Assembly: GCA_023269565.1 (NCBI GenBank)
Contig: JAHFTD010000003.1
Span: forward strand, 5,540 to 69,539
Reading direction: 5' to 3'
DNA: 64,000 nt
Source: Opitutaceae bacterium
GTDB taxonomy: Bacteria > Verrucomicrobiota > Verrucomicrobiia > Opitutales > Opitutaceae
The notes under the pieces were generated by a model that worked only from the letters and a program-made list of their open reading frames with translations, ran no database searches and was not told the DNA's origin. The first letter of the stretch is position 1, and every line of letters begins with the position of its first letter. Below, in pieces: positions 9,659 to 17,900 of the stretch. Position numbers and translations under genes: made by a program.

Positions 9659-11920
9659 TTATCCTCGCTCCGTAAATACAGTGAAGTCGATGAGCCGCTT
9701 CTGGCGATCCACTTTCTCGACCACGACCTGGATCTTCTGTCCGAGCTCGAAGCGCTGCTTGGTTTTACGGCCGACGAAGGCGGTGCCGGCGCCGTTGAGC
9801 AGGTAGAAATCGTCCTTGAGCGTGGAGATCGGCACGAGGCCGAAGGCGCCGGCCTCGGTCAACTCGACGAAGAAACCGTGGTTGCGAACGTCGGTGATGA
9901 CGGCGTTGAACTGCGTCCGTTTTTTCTTCTGCGTCTCGCGCTCGAAGAACTCGGTGAGCTTGAACTTCACTGAGTCGCGCTCGGCCTCGGTGCTGTTGAT
10001 TTCGGTGAGACTGAGGTGTTCGGCCAGGGCGTCGATGCGCGCGATCTGGTAGCCGCCATGGTGGCCGGGCGCCGCGGACTGGCCGCCGTGCTTGACGAGG
10101 TAATGCCCAAAGACGCGGTGCACGACCAAGTCGGCGTAGCGGCGGATCGGTGAAGTGAAATGCGTGTAATCTTTTTTATTCAACCCGTAGTGGCCATCGT
10201 GTTTCGCGCGGTAGCAGGCCTTGCGCATGCTGCGGAGGAGCTGCGTGCGGAGCAGATGGCCCTGCGGGTGATCCTTGAGGAGGATGAGCAGCTTCACGAC
10301 CTCGGTGCGGTTGGACAGGTCGCCGACCTTGATGCCCTGGATGGCGAGCGTCTGGCGGAATTCGTCGAGCCGCTCCTCGTCGGGCTCGTCATGGACGCGG
10401 TAGAGCGAGGGCAGGCGGTGGAGGCGCGTGAGGTGGGCGACCGACTCATTGGCGAGGAGCATGAACTCCTCGATCAGCTGGTGGCTTTCGTCGTTGCGGA
10501 TGAGTTCGATGCGGTCAGCGTAGCCGGCGGCGTCGACGAAGACCTTGGTCTCGGGCATGTCGAGGTCGAGGCTGCCTTTCGCCATGCGGTCCTGTCGCAG
10601 CTTGGCGGCAATGGCCCACAACTGCCGGATCCATTTCTGCAAATCGGCCAGTTCAACAACGGGCAGTTCGGACAGCAGCCGGCCGGTGGAGCCGGTCTGG
10701 TGGGCGGCGGGCGGCGGCAGACGGCGGATCTTCTCGTGGCTGTCCTCAAACATCAGCGCGTAGGCCTGCCGGTAGGTGAGGCGCTTGCGGCTGCGGATGA
10801 CGGTATTAGCGAATTCGGTCTGCTTGATTCGTCCGTTCGCGCCGAAGCTGAAGAGCACTGCCTTAGTGACACGGTCCTGCGCCTCAACGAGCGAGCACAG
10901 GCCGTTGGAAAGTTTCTCGGGCAGCATGGGCACGACGGTGCCAACGAGATACGTGGAGTTGCCGCGATTCTGCGCCTCGCGGTCGAGAGCTGTGCCGGTC
11001 TTCACGTAATGGCTGACATCTGCGATGTGAACGCCGATCCGGAGATCGCCGCCGGCGAGGTATTCAATGGAAAGCGCGTCATCGAAGTCCTTGGCGTCGT
11101 CGGGGTCGATGGTGAAGGTGGGGACTTGGCGGTAGTCAAGCCGGCCGAGAAGCTCCGGCGCTTCCACCCGCGCGGGCAGGCTCAAGGTTTCGCGCTCAAC
11201 ATCGGGCGGAAAAGATATGCTGAGCTCGTATTTGTGGAAAATGGCGGCCATCTCGGCGCTCGGCTCAAGGGCGCGGCCAAGACGCTCGGTAATCTCGCCC
11301 TCGGGGTTGAGATGGCGCTCCTTCCATTCGCTGAGGCGCACGACGACCTTGTCGCCGACCGCGGGCGCGGGCCGTAGGGGCGATTTTGCCGGGTCGGGCA
11401 CGATGATGTCGTGCGGGATGCGGGGGTCGTCGGGGACGACGGAGAAATAGGCGCGGCCGCGTTGAAGTGAGCCGGTGAGGGTGGTCTGGCCGCGGGTGAT
11501 GATTTGGATGACGCGGCCGGCCTGCTCCGTCGGCTTGAGGAAACGGAACTGCCCGCGCTCCCGGCCGGTGATGAGGCGCACGACGACGGTGTCGCCATGC
11601 AGCGCGGTGCCGGTATTTTCGGCAGCGATTTGGACGGGGGGTTTGCCCGGCTCGGTGACCTTGGTTTCGGGGAAAACCTGCGCCGAACCACTTTGCCGGA
11701 AACTAATGCGGCCGGTGACCAGATCGGCCTCCTTGGGCAGGCAGAGGCGGTCGCCCTTGACGAGCACGATCTCACCAGAGCGGACCAGTGCGCGCACGGT
11801 GTCGGTGAGGCGGCGGCGCTCGACCTGCTGCAGTCGCCAATGCCGGGCGATGGCCTCGGCGGAGGCGGGCACATAGTTGCGTTGACCGACGTGGTGGAGC
11901 AAGCGCTCGCGGAAATTCAT
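9659..11920 (-). CDS. rnr: ribonuclease R
   Basis: 753 aa. RNB catalytic domain (FTIDPDDAKDFDDALS, HYGLNKKDYTHFTSPIRRYADLVVHR) plus C-terminal S1 domain (FNAVITDVRNHGFFVEL). Confidence 0.93.
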   Translation of the reverse strand: MNFRERLLHHVGQRNYVPASAEAIARHWRLQQVERRRLTDTVRALVRSGEIVLVKGDRLCLPKEADLVTGRISFRQSGSAQVFPETKVTEPGKPPVQIAAENTGTALHGDTVVVRLITGRERGQFRFLKPTEQAGRVIQIITRGQTTLTGSLQRGRAYFSVVPDDPRIPHDIIVPDPAKSPLRPAPAVGDKVVVRLSEWKERHLNPEGEITERLGRALEPSAEMAAIFHKYELSISFPPDVERETLSLPARVEAPELLGRLDYRQVPTFTIDPDDAKDFDDALSIEYLAGGDLRIGVHIADVSHYVKTGTALDREAQNRGNSTYLVGTVVPMLPEKLSNGLCSLVEAQDRVTKAVLFSFGANGRIKQTEFANTVIRSRKRLTYRQAYALMFEDSHEKIRRLPPPAAHQTGSTGRLLSELPVVELADLQKWIRQLWAIAAKLRQDRMAKGSLDLDMPETKVFVDAAGYADRIELIRNDESHQLIEEFMLLANESVAHLTRLHRLPSLYRVHDEPDEERLDEFRQTLAIQGIKVGDLSNRTEVVKLLILLKDHPQGHLLRTQLLRSMRKACYRAKHDGHYGLNKKDYTHFTSPIRRYADLVVHRVFGHYLVKHGGQSAAPGHHGGYQIARIDALAEHLSLTEINSTEAERDSVKFKLTEFFERETQKKKRTQFNAVITDVRNHGFFVELTEAGAFGLVPISTLKDDFYLLNGAGTAFVGRKTKQRFELGQKIQVVVEKVDRQKRLIDFTVFTERG

Positions 11921-12158
11921 AGAGGAAGATGGTCGGATTTAGAGTCGATGCAAACGCGTCGCTTGATCCGAAAGACACGGTGCATCCGGTGTTTAGCTGT
12001 GGCAACAGGCTAATTTTTCTCCGGTTAATCCGGTGAAGGGACCGGCGTCACCGGAAATATGCCCGGGAATCGCCAGCTTGGACATTGCGCCGGCAGGCAG
12101 AAAGCAGGAAAATCAAGACTTCCCAAAGCCCGCGTGGTGAGTAACGTGGGCAGCTTAT

Positions 12159-12575
12159 ATGCAGAGAACATTCATCATCTTTAAACCCGATTGCATGGAG
12201 AAACGCCTCGTCGGCACTGTGCTCGACCGGTTCGAGCGGGCCGGATTCACCGTGATCGGCTGCAAAATGATGCGGCTGCCGCCCGCCGTGCTCCGCGAGC
12301 ATTACGCCCATGTGGCCAACTTGCCGTTTTATCCGGAGATCGAGGCCTTCATGAGTTCGCGCCCGGTGATCATATTGGCCCTGCAGGGCGACAATATTGT
12401 GCAGCGTGTCCGCGACCTGCTCGGCCCGACCGATTCGCGCAAAGCGGCCAAGGGCACTATCCGCGGCGACTTCGGCCTGGAGATGATGAAAAACGTCGTG
12501 CACGCCTCCGACAGCAACGAAAACGCCCAAGCGGAACTGCGGCGTTTCTTCAAACCGGAGGAACTTTTCGTCTGA
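12159..12575 (+). CDS. ndk: nucleoside-diphosphate kinase
   Basis: 138 aa. MQRTFIIFKPDC, GPTDSRKAAKGTIRGDFG, NVVHASDS (active-site His). Confidence 0.93.
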   Translation: MQRTFIIFKPDCMEKRLVGTVLDRFERAGFTVIGCKMMRLPPAVLREHYAHVANLPFYPEIEAFMSSRPVIILALQGDNIVQRVRDLLGPTDSRKAAKGTIRGDFGLEMMKNVVHASDSNENAQAELRRFFKPEELFV

Positions 12576-12635
12576 TTGATTCTGCGCGCTTGACGAATCC
12601 CGTCCGTGTGCGCTTTTCTCGCCCTTCGATTTTTC

Positions 12636-12710
12636 GCCCTCATCGTCTAGCGGCTAGGACGGGGCCCTCTCAAGGCCCAAACCGGGGTTCGATTCCCCGT
12701 GAGGGCGCCA
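12636..12710 (+). tRNA. tRNA-Glu (anticodon CUC)
   Basis: Hand-folded cloverleaf. Acceptor gccctca/tgagggc, anticodon stem gggcc/ggccc with loop CTCTCAA, T-arm cgggg-ttcgatt-ccccg, encoded CCA. Confidence 0.9.
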
Positions 12711-13158
12711 GTTTGCTAGCGGGATAATTGGCTGGGAAGGATGGGAGATATGGGGCAGGACGCTGGTTTAAACCTTCCCGGCGGTTAGAGCGTTACGAGT
12801 TGGGAGAGCACAGAGGGCAAGACGTGTGACCAGCAACCCGGTGAGCAACAACCCTGACGCCCACCCGGGCGACGCAGCGTTGCGCAGCGAACTGGCCGCC
12901 AAAATCCGCATAGTTTTCTACAAGATACGCTCAGCTACGATCGGTGCTCAGGAGCATAATGCCGCCATGCTCCCGCAGCGCGTTCGCCCCGTCTGGCTGC
13001 ATGGCAATGCCATGGTCTGCCTCCGCTCGTTTTCAATTGTCGGGAAAAGATGTCGGCTTGAACTGATCTCCTTTCAGGTTAAGATTGCCCTGAGAAATTT
13101 CATTTGGGGTCTGAAGGCATCTACGGAACCCATCTGAATCGGACGAACGGCCAAACCA

Positions 13159-14583
13159 ATGAACATCGCGCTCATCGGACCTTCGGGGGTCGGCAAAGGC
13201 ACCCACGCCGCCAGCCTCTGCGGGCGTTTCAATTTGCGCCACGTCGCCACCGGCGACCTGTTCCGTCATCATCTTCAGACGCGCAGCGCGCTCGGCCTGC
13301 TGGCGCGCAAATACATGGAGCAAGGTGAACTCGTGCCCGACGAGGTGGTGGACTCCATCATCGAGGAATGGTGCGTCCAACGCAAACAAGACGAGGGTGC
13401 CTTATTCGACGGGTTTCCCCGCACTGCCTATCAAGCGCGCTTTCTCGACGGACTTCTCCAGACACTGCACCGCCCGCTCGCCGCCGTGATTTATCTGCAG
13501 GTGTCCGATGCCGCCATCATCGACCGGCTCTCCGGTCGTTTGATCTGCCGCAACTGTCAGACGCCCTATCACCGGACATTGCATCCGGCCCGGCGCGATG
13601 GTGTCTGCGACGCCTGCGGCGGTGAAATTTACCAACGGCCCGACGACACACCCAAGCTCGTGCAGGCCCGCTTGCGGGTTTTCCACCGCATGACCGGACC
13701 GGTGCTGGAGCACTACGTGGCGGCGGGCCGGCTCGCCATCATCAACGGCGAGGGTTCATTCGACAAGGTTGGCACCCGACTGCTGGACTTCATCGAGACT
13801 GTGCGGCAGGACACCGCCACATTTGCGACCAAAGAGGAAACCGCGCAATGCGTGGCGGTCGAGACCGCCGCGTTGACTGCGGCGCAATTGGAGCGTGCCA
13901 CACCTGACTTGGTGCTGTTGGGCGGCCCCGGCTCGGGCAAGGGAACGCAGGCCGAGCGGCTCTGCGCCCAGCTCGGTCTCCCTCACATTGCCACTGGCGA
14001 CCTCTTCCGCGAAAACCTCCGGCAGTCTACCGATCTCGGCAAACTCGCCCAGACTTACATGAACCGCGGAGAACTTGTGCCTGATGATGTGACCGAGGCG
14101 ATGGTTGAGGAACGCCTCGCGCAACCGGACACGCAAGGCGGCTTCATCCTCGATGGTTTTCCGCGCACACTGCCCCAGGCCGGAGCACTGACAGAGATGA
14201 TGACCCGACTCCACCGCCGGATCGCCGCTGTGCTTTACATCAAGGTGCCGGACGAAGCGTTGATTGGCCGACTGTCGGGCCGGATGATCTGCCGGGCCTG
14301 TCAGGCCCCCTACCACCTGCAGTTCAAGTCTCCGCGCCAACCGGGAGTTTGCGACTCCTGCGGTGGCGAACTCTACCAGCGAGCGGACGACAATCCCAAC
14401 ACGGTCCGGGCCCGGCTGGTGACCTTCCACAGGCAGACCGAGCCGCTTACCGCCTCTTATCGGCAGGCAGGCTTGCTGCATGAGATCGATGGCGAAGGCC
14501 TGCTGAACGAAATCAGTGCCCGCAGTCTTGCCGCTATCCGTCACCTAGTTCCGCCAACATCCACGCCGGCGTCCGCCGCCTGA
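13159..14583 (+). CDS. adk: tandem adenylate kinase (two complete Adk modules in one polypeptide)
   Basis: 474 aa. Module 1 (aa 1 to about 213) has GPSGVGKGT, TGDLFR, DGFPRT, CRNC..CDAC, RPDD. Module 2 (aa about 250-474) has GGPGSGKGT, TGDLFR, DGFPRT, CRAC..CDSC, RADD. Confidence 0.88.
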   Translation: MNIALIGPSGVGKGTHAASLCGRFNLRHVATGDLFRHHLQTRSALGLLARKYMEQGELVPDEVVDSIIEEWCVQRKQDEGALFDGFPRTAYQARFLDGLLQTLHRPLAAVIYLQVSDAAIIDRLSGRLICRNCQTPYHRTLHPARRDGVCDACGGEIYQRPDDTPKLVQARLRVFHRMTGPVLEHYVAAGRLAIINGEGSFDKVGTRLLDFIETVRQDTATFATKEETAQCVAVETAALTAAQLERATPDLVLLGGPGSGKGTQAERLCAQLGLPHIATGDLFRENLRQSTDLGKLAQTYMNRGELVPDDVTEAMVEERLAQPDTQGGFILDGFPRTLPQAGALTEMMTRLHRRIAAVLYIKVPDEALIGRLSGRMICRACQAPYHLQFKSPRQPGVCDSCGGELYQRADDNPNTVRARLVTFHRQTEPLTASYRQAGLLHEIDGEGLLNEISARSLAAIRHLVPPTSTPASAA

Positions 14584-14599
14584 ACCTTGGAGCCACCTT

Positions 14600-16093
14600 A
14601 TGTTTGAAGTCGCCGAATTAGGTCACACCCTGTCGCCGCGCCGGTATGCCGCCCGTCTGCCGGATCTGCGAGCGCAGTTGCTCAGCGCCCACCTCGCTCT
14701 GCGCAGCCAGAAATTTCCCGTGATTGTGATCGTGTCCGGGGCGGATGGGGCGGGCAAGGGCGAGCTCGTCCATCGTCTCAATGAGTGGCTCGATCCACGG
14801 GGCGTGTCGACCCATGCCTTCTGGGATGAGAGCGACGAGGAGCACGAGCGGCCCGAAGCCTGGCGGTTTTGGCGTGCCATGCCCGGGCGCGGTCGCATTG
14901 GGATATTCTTCGGCTCCTGGTATACGCGGCCCATCATCCGCCGCGTCTACGGCAAGGCGCGGGGTGTCCAGTTTGATGCCGCGCTCGACCGTATCGTGGC
15001 CTTCGAGCGGATGCTCACCGACGACGGAGCGCTGCTCGTAAAACTCTGGCTGCACCTGCCCAAGAAGCAGCAGAAGCTGCGGCTCAAGAAACTTGAGGAG
15101 GCCGGCCGCCTCGCGCCCGATGACTGGAAGCACTACAAGCTTTACGACAAGTTCACCGGAGTATCCGAGCGTGCACTCCGCCGCACTGACACCCCTCTGG
15201 CCGCGTGGCACGTAATCGAGGCCACCGACCGGCGTTACCGCGAACTCGTTGCCGCCGATGTCCTGCTGGCGGCGCTCGAAGCGCGGCTGCAGGCGCCTTC
15301 GTCACCCCAGGTGGCAACGCTGGCGGCCGGGGAGGCTGGCGGCGCCCAGGCGAAGCGGGTGAAGGGCAAAGTAGACCGGGCCAACTCCATTCTCTCCCAC
15401 CTCGACCTCAGCGGACGGTTGAGCGATGCCGCCTACAAGCGACAGCTTGCGGAACAACAGGGCAAGCTCAGCCGACTGGCTTGGGCGGCGCGGCGCAAGG
15501 GCGTCTCGATGGTGCTGATGTTCGAGGGATGGGACGCCGCCGGCAAGGGCAGCGCGATCCGCCGCGTGACGCAGGCGATGGATCCGCGGCTCTACACTGT
15601 TGTCGGCGTAGCGGCGCCGACGGACGAAGAACGGGCGCAGCACTACCTGTGGCGTTTCTGGCGGCACCTGCCGCGGGCGGGCCGCACGACCATTTTCGAC
15701 CGTTCCTGGTATGGCCGCGTGCTGGTCGAGCGGGTGGAGGGCTTCGCCACGCCGGCCGAGTGGGACCGGGCCTACGGCGAGATCAACGCCTTCGAGGAGC
15801 AACTGGTCACGCACGGCATCGTGTTCGCAAAATTCTGGGTGCATATCAGCCCGGCCGAACAACTGCGCCGGTTCAACGAGCGCCAGATCATCGCCCACAA
15901 ACAATACAAGATCACGGAGGAGGACTGGCGGAACCGCAAAAAATGGCCAGACTACCGGCGCGCCGTCGACGGCATGATCCGGCACTGCAGCACGGAATAC
16001 GCGCCCTGGACCCTCGTGGCCGGTGACGACAAGAAGTTCGCCCGCATACAGATTCTAAAGACCATTGTGCAGCGACTCGAGGCAGCGCTTTGA
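14600..16093 (+). CDS. ppk2: two-domain polyphosphate kinase 2 (polyphosphate:AMP phosphotransferase-type architecture)
   Basis: 497 aa with two PPK2 repeats. Repeat 1 has VIVSGADGAGKG, WRFWRAMPGRGRIGIFFGSWY. Repeat 2 has LMFEGWDAAGKG, WRFWRHLPRAGRTTIFDRSWY. Confidence 0.9.
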   Translation: MFEVAELGHTLSPRRYAARLPDLRAQLLSAHLALRSQKFPVIVIVSGADGAGKGELVHRLNEWLDPRGVSTHAFWDESDEEHERPEAWRFWRAMPGRGRIGIFFGSWYTRPIIRRVYGKARGVQFDAALDRIVAFERMLTDDGALLVKLWLHLPKKQQKLRLKKLEEAGRLAPDDWKHYKLYDKFTGVSERALRRTDTPLAAWHVIEATDRRYRELVAADVLLAALEARLQAPSSPQVATLAAGEAGGAQAKRVKGKVDRANSILSHLDLSGRLSDAAYKRQLAEQQGKLSRLAWAARRKGVSMVLMFEGWDAAGKGSAIRRVTQAMDPRLYTVVGVAAPTDEERAQHYLWRFWRHLPRAGRTTIFDRSWYGRVLVERVEGFATPAEWDRAYGEINAFEEQLVTHGIVFAKFWVHISPAEQLRRFNERQIIAHKQYKITEEDWRNRKKWPDYRRAVDGMIRHCSTEYAPWTLVAGDDKKFARIQILKTIVQRLEAAL

Positions 16094-16178
16094 GCGCACT
16101 GCCCGGGCGCGTTCTGCCGGCAGATCAGCCCAACCCCAATCCTGCACGCCCCGGCCACCGGCATAGGCCCCCGTAAAA

Positions 16179-17099
16179 ATGACCGACCCAGCGTTCGTCC
16201 CGCAGACACCACCGCCGACCGATACCGCCAGGCTCGCAAATCCGCAGACGCTTGCTGCGGTTCACGCCGCACTGCGACCACACTATCAGGCCATCAGGGC
16301 GAATGACCAGCAGGCGCGAGAGCATTACTCCCCGAAAGGCGTTCACCAGTTGCGCGTCGCCGCGCGCCGGCTGCGGGCCGGGTTTCGCCTTTATCGCCGG
16401 GATCTGGCGACGACGCCAGCGCGTCAACTGTCGGAGCGCCTGCGGGAACTGCTCGCGGCACTGGGGCCGGCGCGCGATGCCGATGTGTGGATGGGGCGGT
16501 TGCGCGACCGAGCAGTGGTGGGAATTCTCTCCGTGCATCCGGAATGGCCGCAGGTTGTCGCCCAGGAGCAGAAGCGGCGGCACCGTGCCCGCGCTCAAGC
16601 CGAAGCCTACCTCGCCAGCCCGCCTTGGCAGGAATTGCTGGCGCAGTTGGAGCTGTTCTTCGAGCACGAGCTTCCTTCTACCAGCGCCGTTCCGCAGCTT
16701 CTCCTGTCGCCCCGCACCGCCAAAAAACTGCGCCGGCAGCTGCGGGCAGTGGTCGCGGAGAAAAAGCCACTGCGGCAGCGCTCGGCGGATCGCATTCACG
16801 ATTTTCGCCGCGAATGTCGAAAGGCGCGCTACTGGGCCGAATACCTTGTGCCCGTCCTCGGCCCGACCGGCGAAAAACTGCGCAAGGACCTGGTGGCCAT
16901 CGCGGATGCACTCGGCAGTATGCGCGACGCCGATCTCGCCGCCCGGAAACTCGCCCGCCGAAGATGCTGGTGGTCCGAGCGGCTGCGCGACCGGGCCGAG
17001 CAGCAGGCCGCGAAAGCCAAGCGCGATTTCACGCAAAAATGGAAGCGGTTTCGCCGCGAGCTCGATGAAAAATCCCTGCGGCCCGCCTCGCCGGCTTAG
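16179..17099 (+). CDS. CHAD domain-containing protein
   Basis: 306 aa, helical and Arg-rich, with the CHAD-type motif VHQLRVAARRLRAGFRLY repeated later (IHDFRRECRKARYWAEY). The larger antisense ORF 16125..17444 was rejected. Confidence 0.8.
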   Translation: MTDPAFVPQTPPPTDTARLANPQTLAAVHAALRPHYQAIRANDQQAREHYSPKGVHQLRVAARRLRAGFRLYRRDLATTPARQLSERLRELLAALGPARDADVWMGRLRDRAVVGILSVHPEWPQVVAQEQKRRHRARAQAEAYLASPPWQELLAQLELFFEHELPSTSAVPQLLLSPRTAKKLRRQLRAVVAEKKPLRQRSADRIHDFRRECRKARYWAEYLVPVLGPTGEKLRKDLVAIADALGSMRDADLAARKLARRRCWWSERLRDRAEQQAAKAKRDFTQKWKRFRRELDEKSLRPASPA

Positions 17100-17155
17100 C
17101 GGCAACACTCCGCATTGGCTCAAACGATTTCCGCTGACACCAGCTGGCGCACGAA

Positions 17156-17821
17156 TCAAGAAGGTATAAAGTAGCGCTCGCGGGCTTTCACCTGCACGAG
17201 GCGCCGCTCGGGCAGGATGTAGGCCGTGAGGCTGCCGCCCAGGCAGCACGAGGTATCGATGCCCAGGGTCCATTTGGTGCGGGAGATGTCGGCCCGGGGG
17301 GTGTGACCATAGACGACAAAGGGCGGGCCAACCCAAAGTTCGGACCAGTGCCGGGCGCCGGGCGCCTCGGAACGCTTGCGAGGTTCGCCGTTTTGATCGA
17401 TTACCTGGATTCGGGTGACGACACGAGCCCGCTGCTTTTGCCACGGCTCGCCGGGCAGAAAACCACCGTGCACAAAGACCACACCCAGTTCCTTGTCCTC
17501 ATAGGTGAGGGGCATCGATTCCAAGTAATCCCAATCCTTGCCATTAAGCTGATCAAGGGTGGCGTAGTCGTATTTTTTGAGATGGGTGGGATCGTCGGTC
17601 TTGCGGAAATTCAGCAAGCGCAGTTCGTGGTTCCCCAGCAGCGACCCGGTGGCGTGCTTGCGGGCGAGTGAAATTACCTTGTCGCTGGCCGGCCCGCGAT
17701 TCACCAGGTCGCCCAAGAGAATGAGACGGTCGTCGTCCGTCAGACTGAGCTTATCCAGCAAGTCCTCGAATTCCTTGTTGCAGCCGTGAATGTCGCCAAT
17801 GGCGATAAGTCGACCTTTCAT
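17156..17821 (-). CDS. calcineurin-like metallophosphoesterase (ApaH/PrpE-type)
   Basis: 221 aa. Motifs are GDIHG, LGDLVNRGP, GNHE, VHGG, GHT. Lies 79 nt downstream of ppk1 on the same strand. Confidence 0.85.
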   Translation of the reverse strand: MKGRLIAIGDIHGCNKEFEDLLDKLSLTDDDRLILLGDLVNRGPASDKVISLARKHATGSLLGNHELRLLNFRKTDDPTHLKKYDYATLDQLNGKDWDYLESMPLTYEDKELGVVFVHGGFLPGEPWQKQRARVVTRIQVIDQNGEPRKRSEAPGARHWSELWVGPPFVVYGHTPRADISRTKWTLGIDTSCCLGGSLTAYILPERRLVQVKARERYFIPS

Positions 17822-17900
17822 GCGGGTAGGATGAAGAATGACTGGCAGTTCCGGGGGGGACTACAACCGCTTTGGGCGATCCGGGGTCGATCCTCTCAGT

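Noticed and set aside
10160-11377. 405-aa plus-strand ORF, with similar cases at 8093..9133 (-), 20737..21828 (+), 48678..49715 (-) and 61829..62773 (-)
   Set aside because: All lie antisense to confidently identified genes (rnr, the membrane protein, comM, hemC, the aminotransferase). All have Gly/Ala/Arg/Asp-rich shadow-frame composition.
12826-13137. 103-aa plus-strand ORF in the tRNA-Glu/adk spacer
   Set aside because: Coding bias fades in the second half, it has a GTG start with no context, and there is no family resemblance. It is treated as non-coding (see the spacer finding).
16125-17444. 439-aa minus-strand ORF overlapping the CHAD gene
   Set aside because: Arg/Pro/Gly-rich with no family signature. 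The + strand frame has the CHAD motif and fits the operon spacing.
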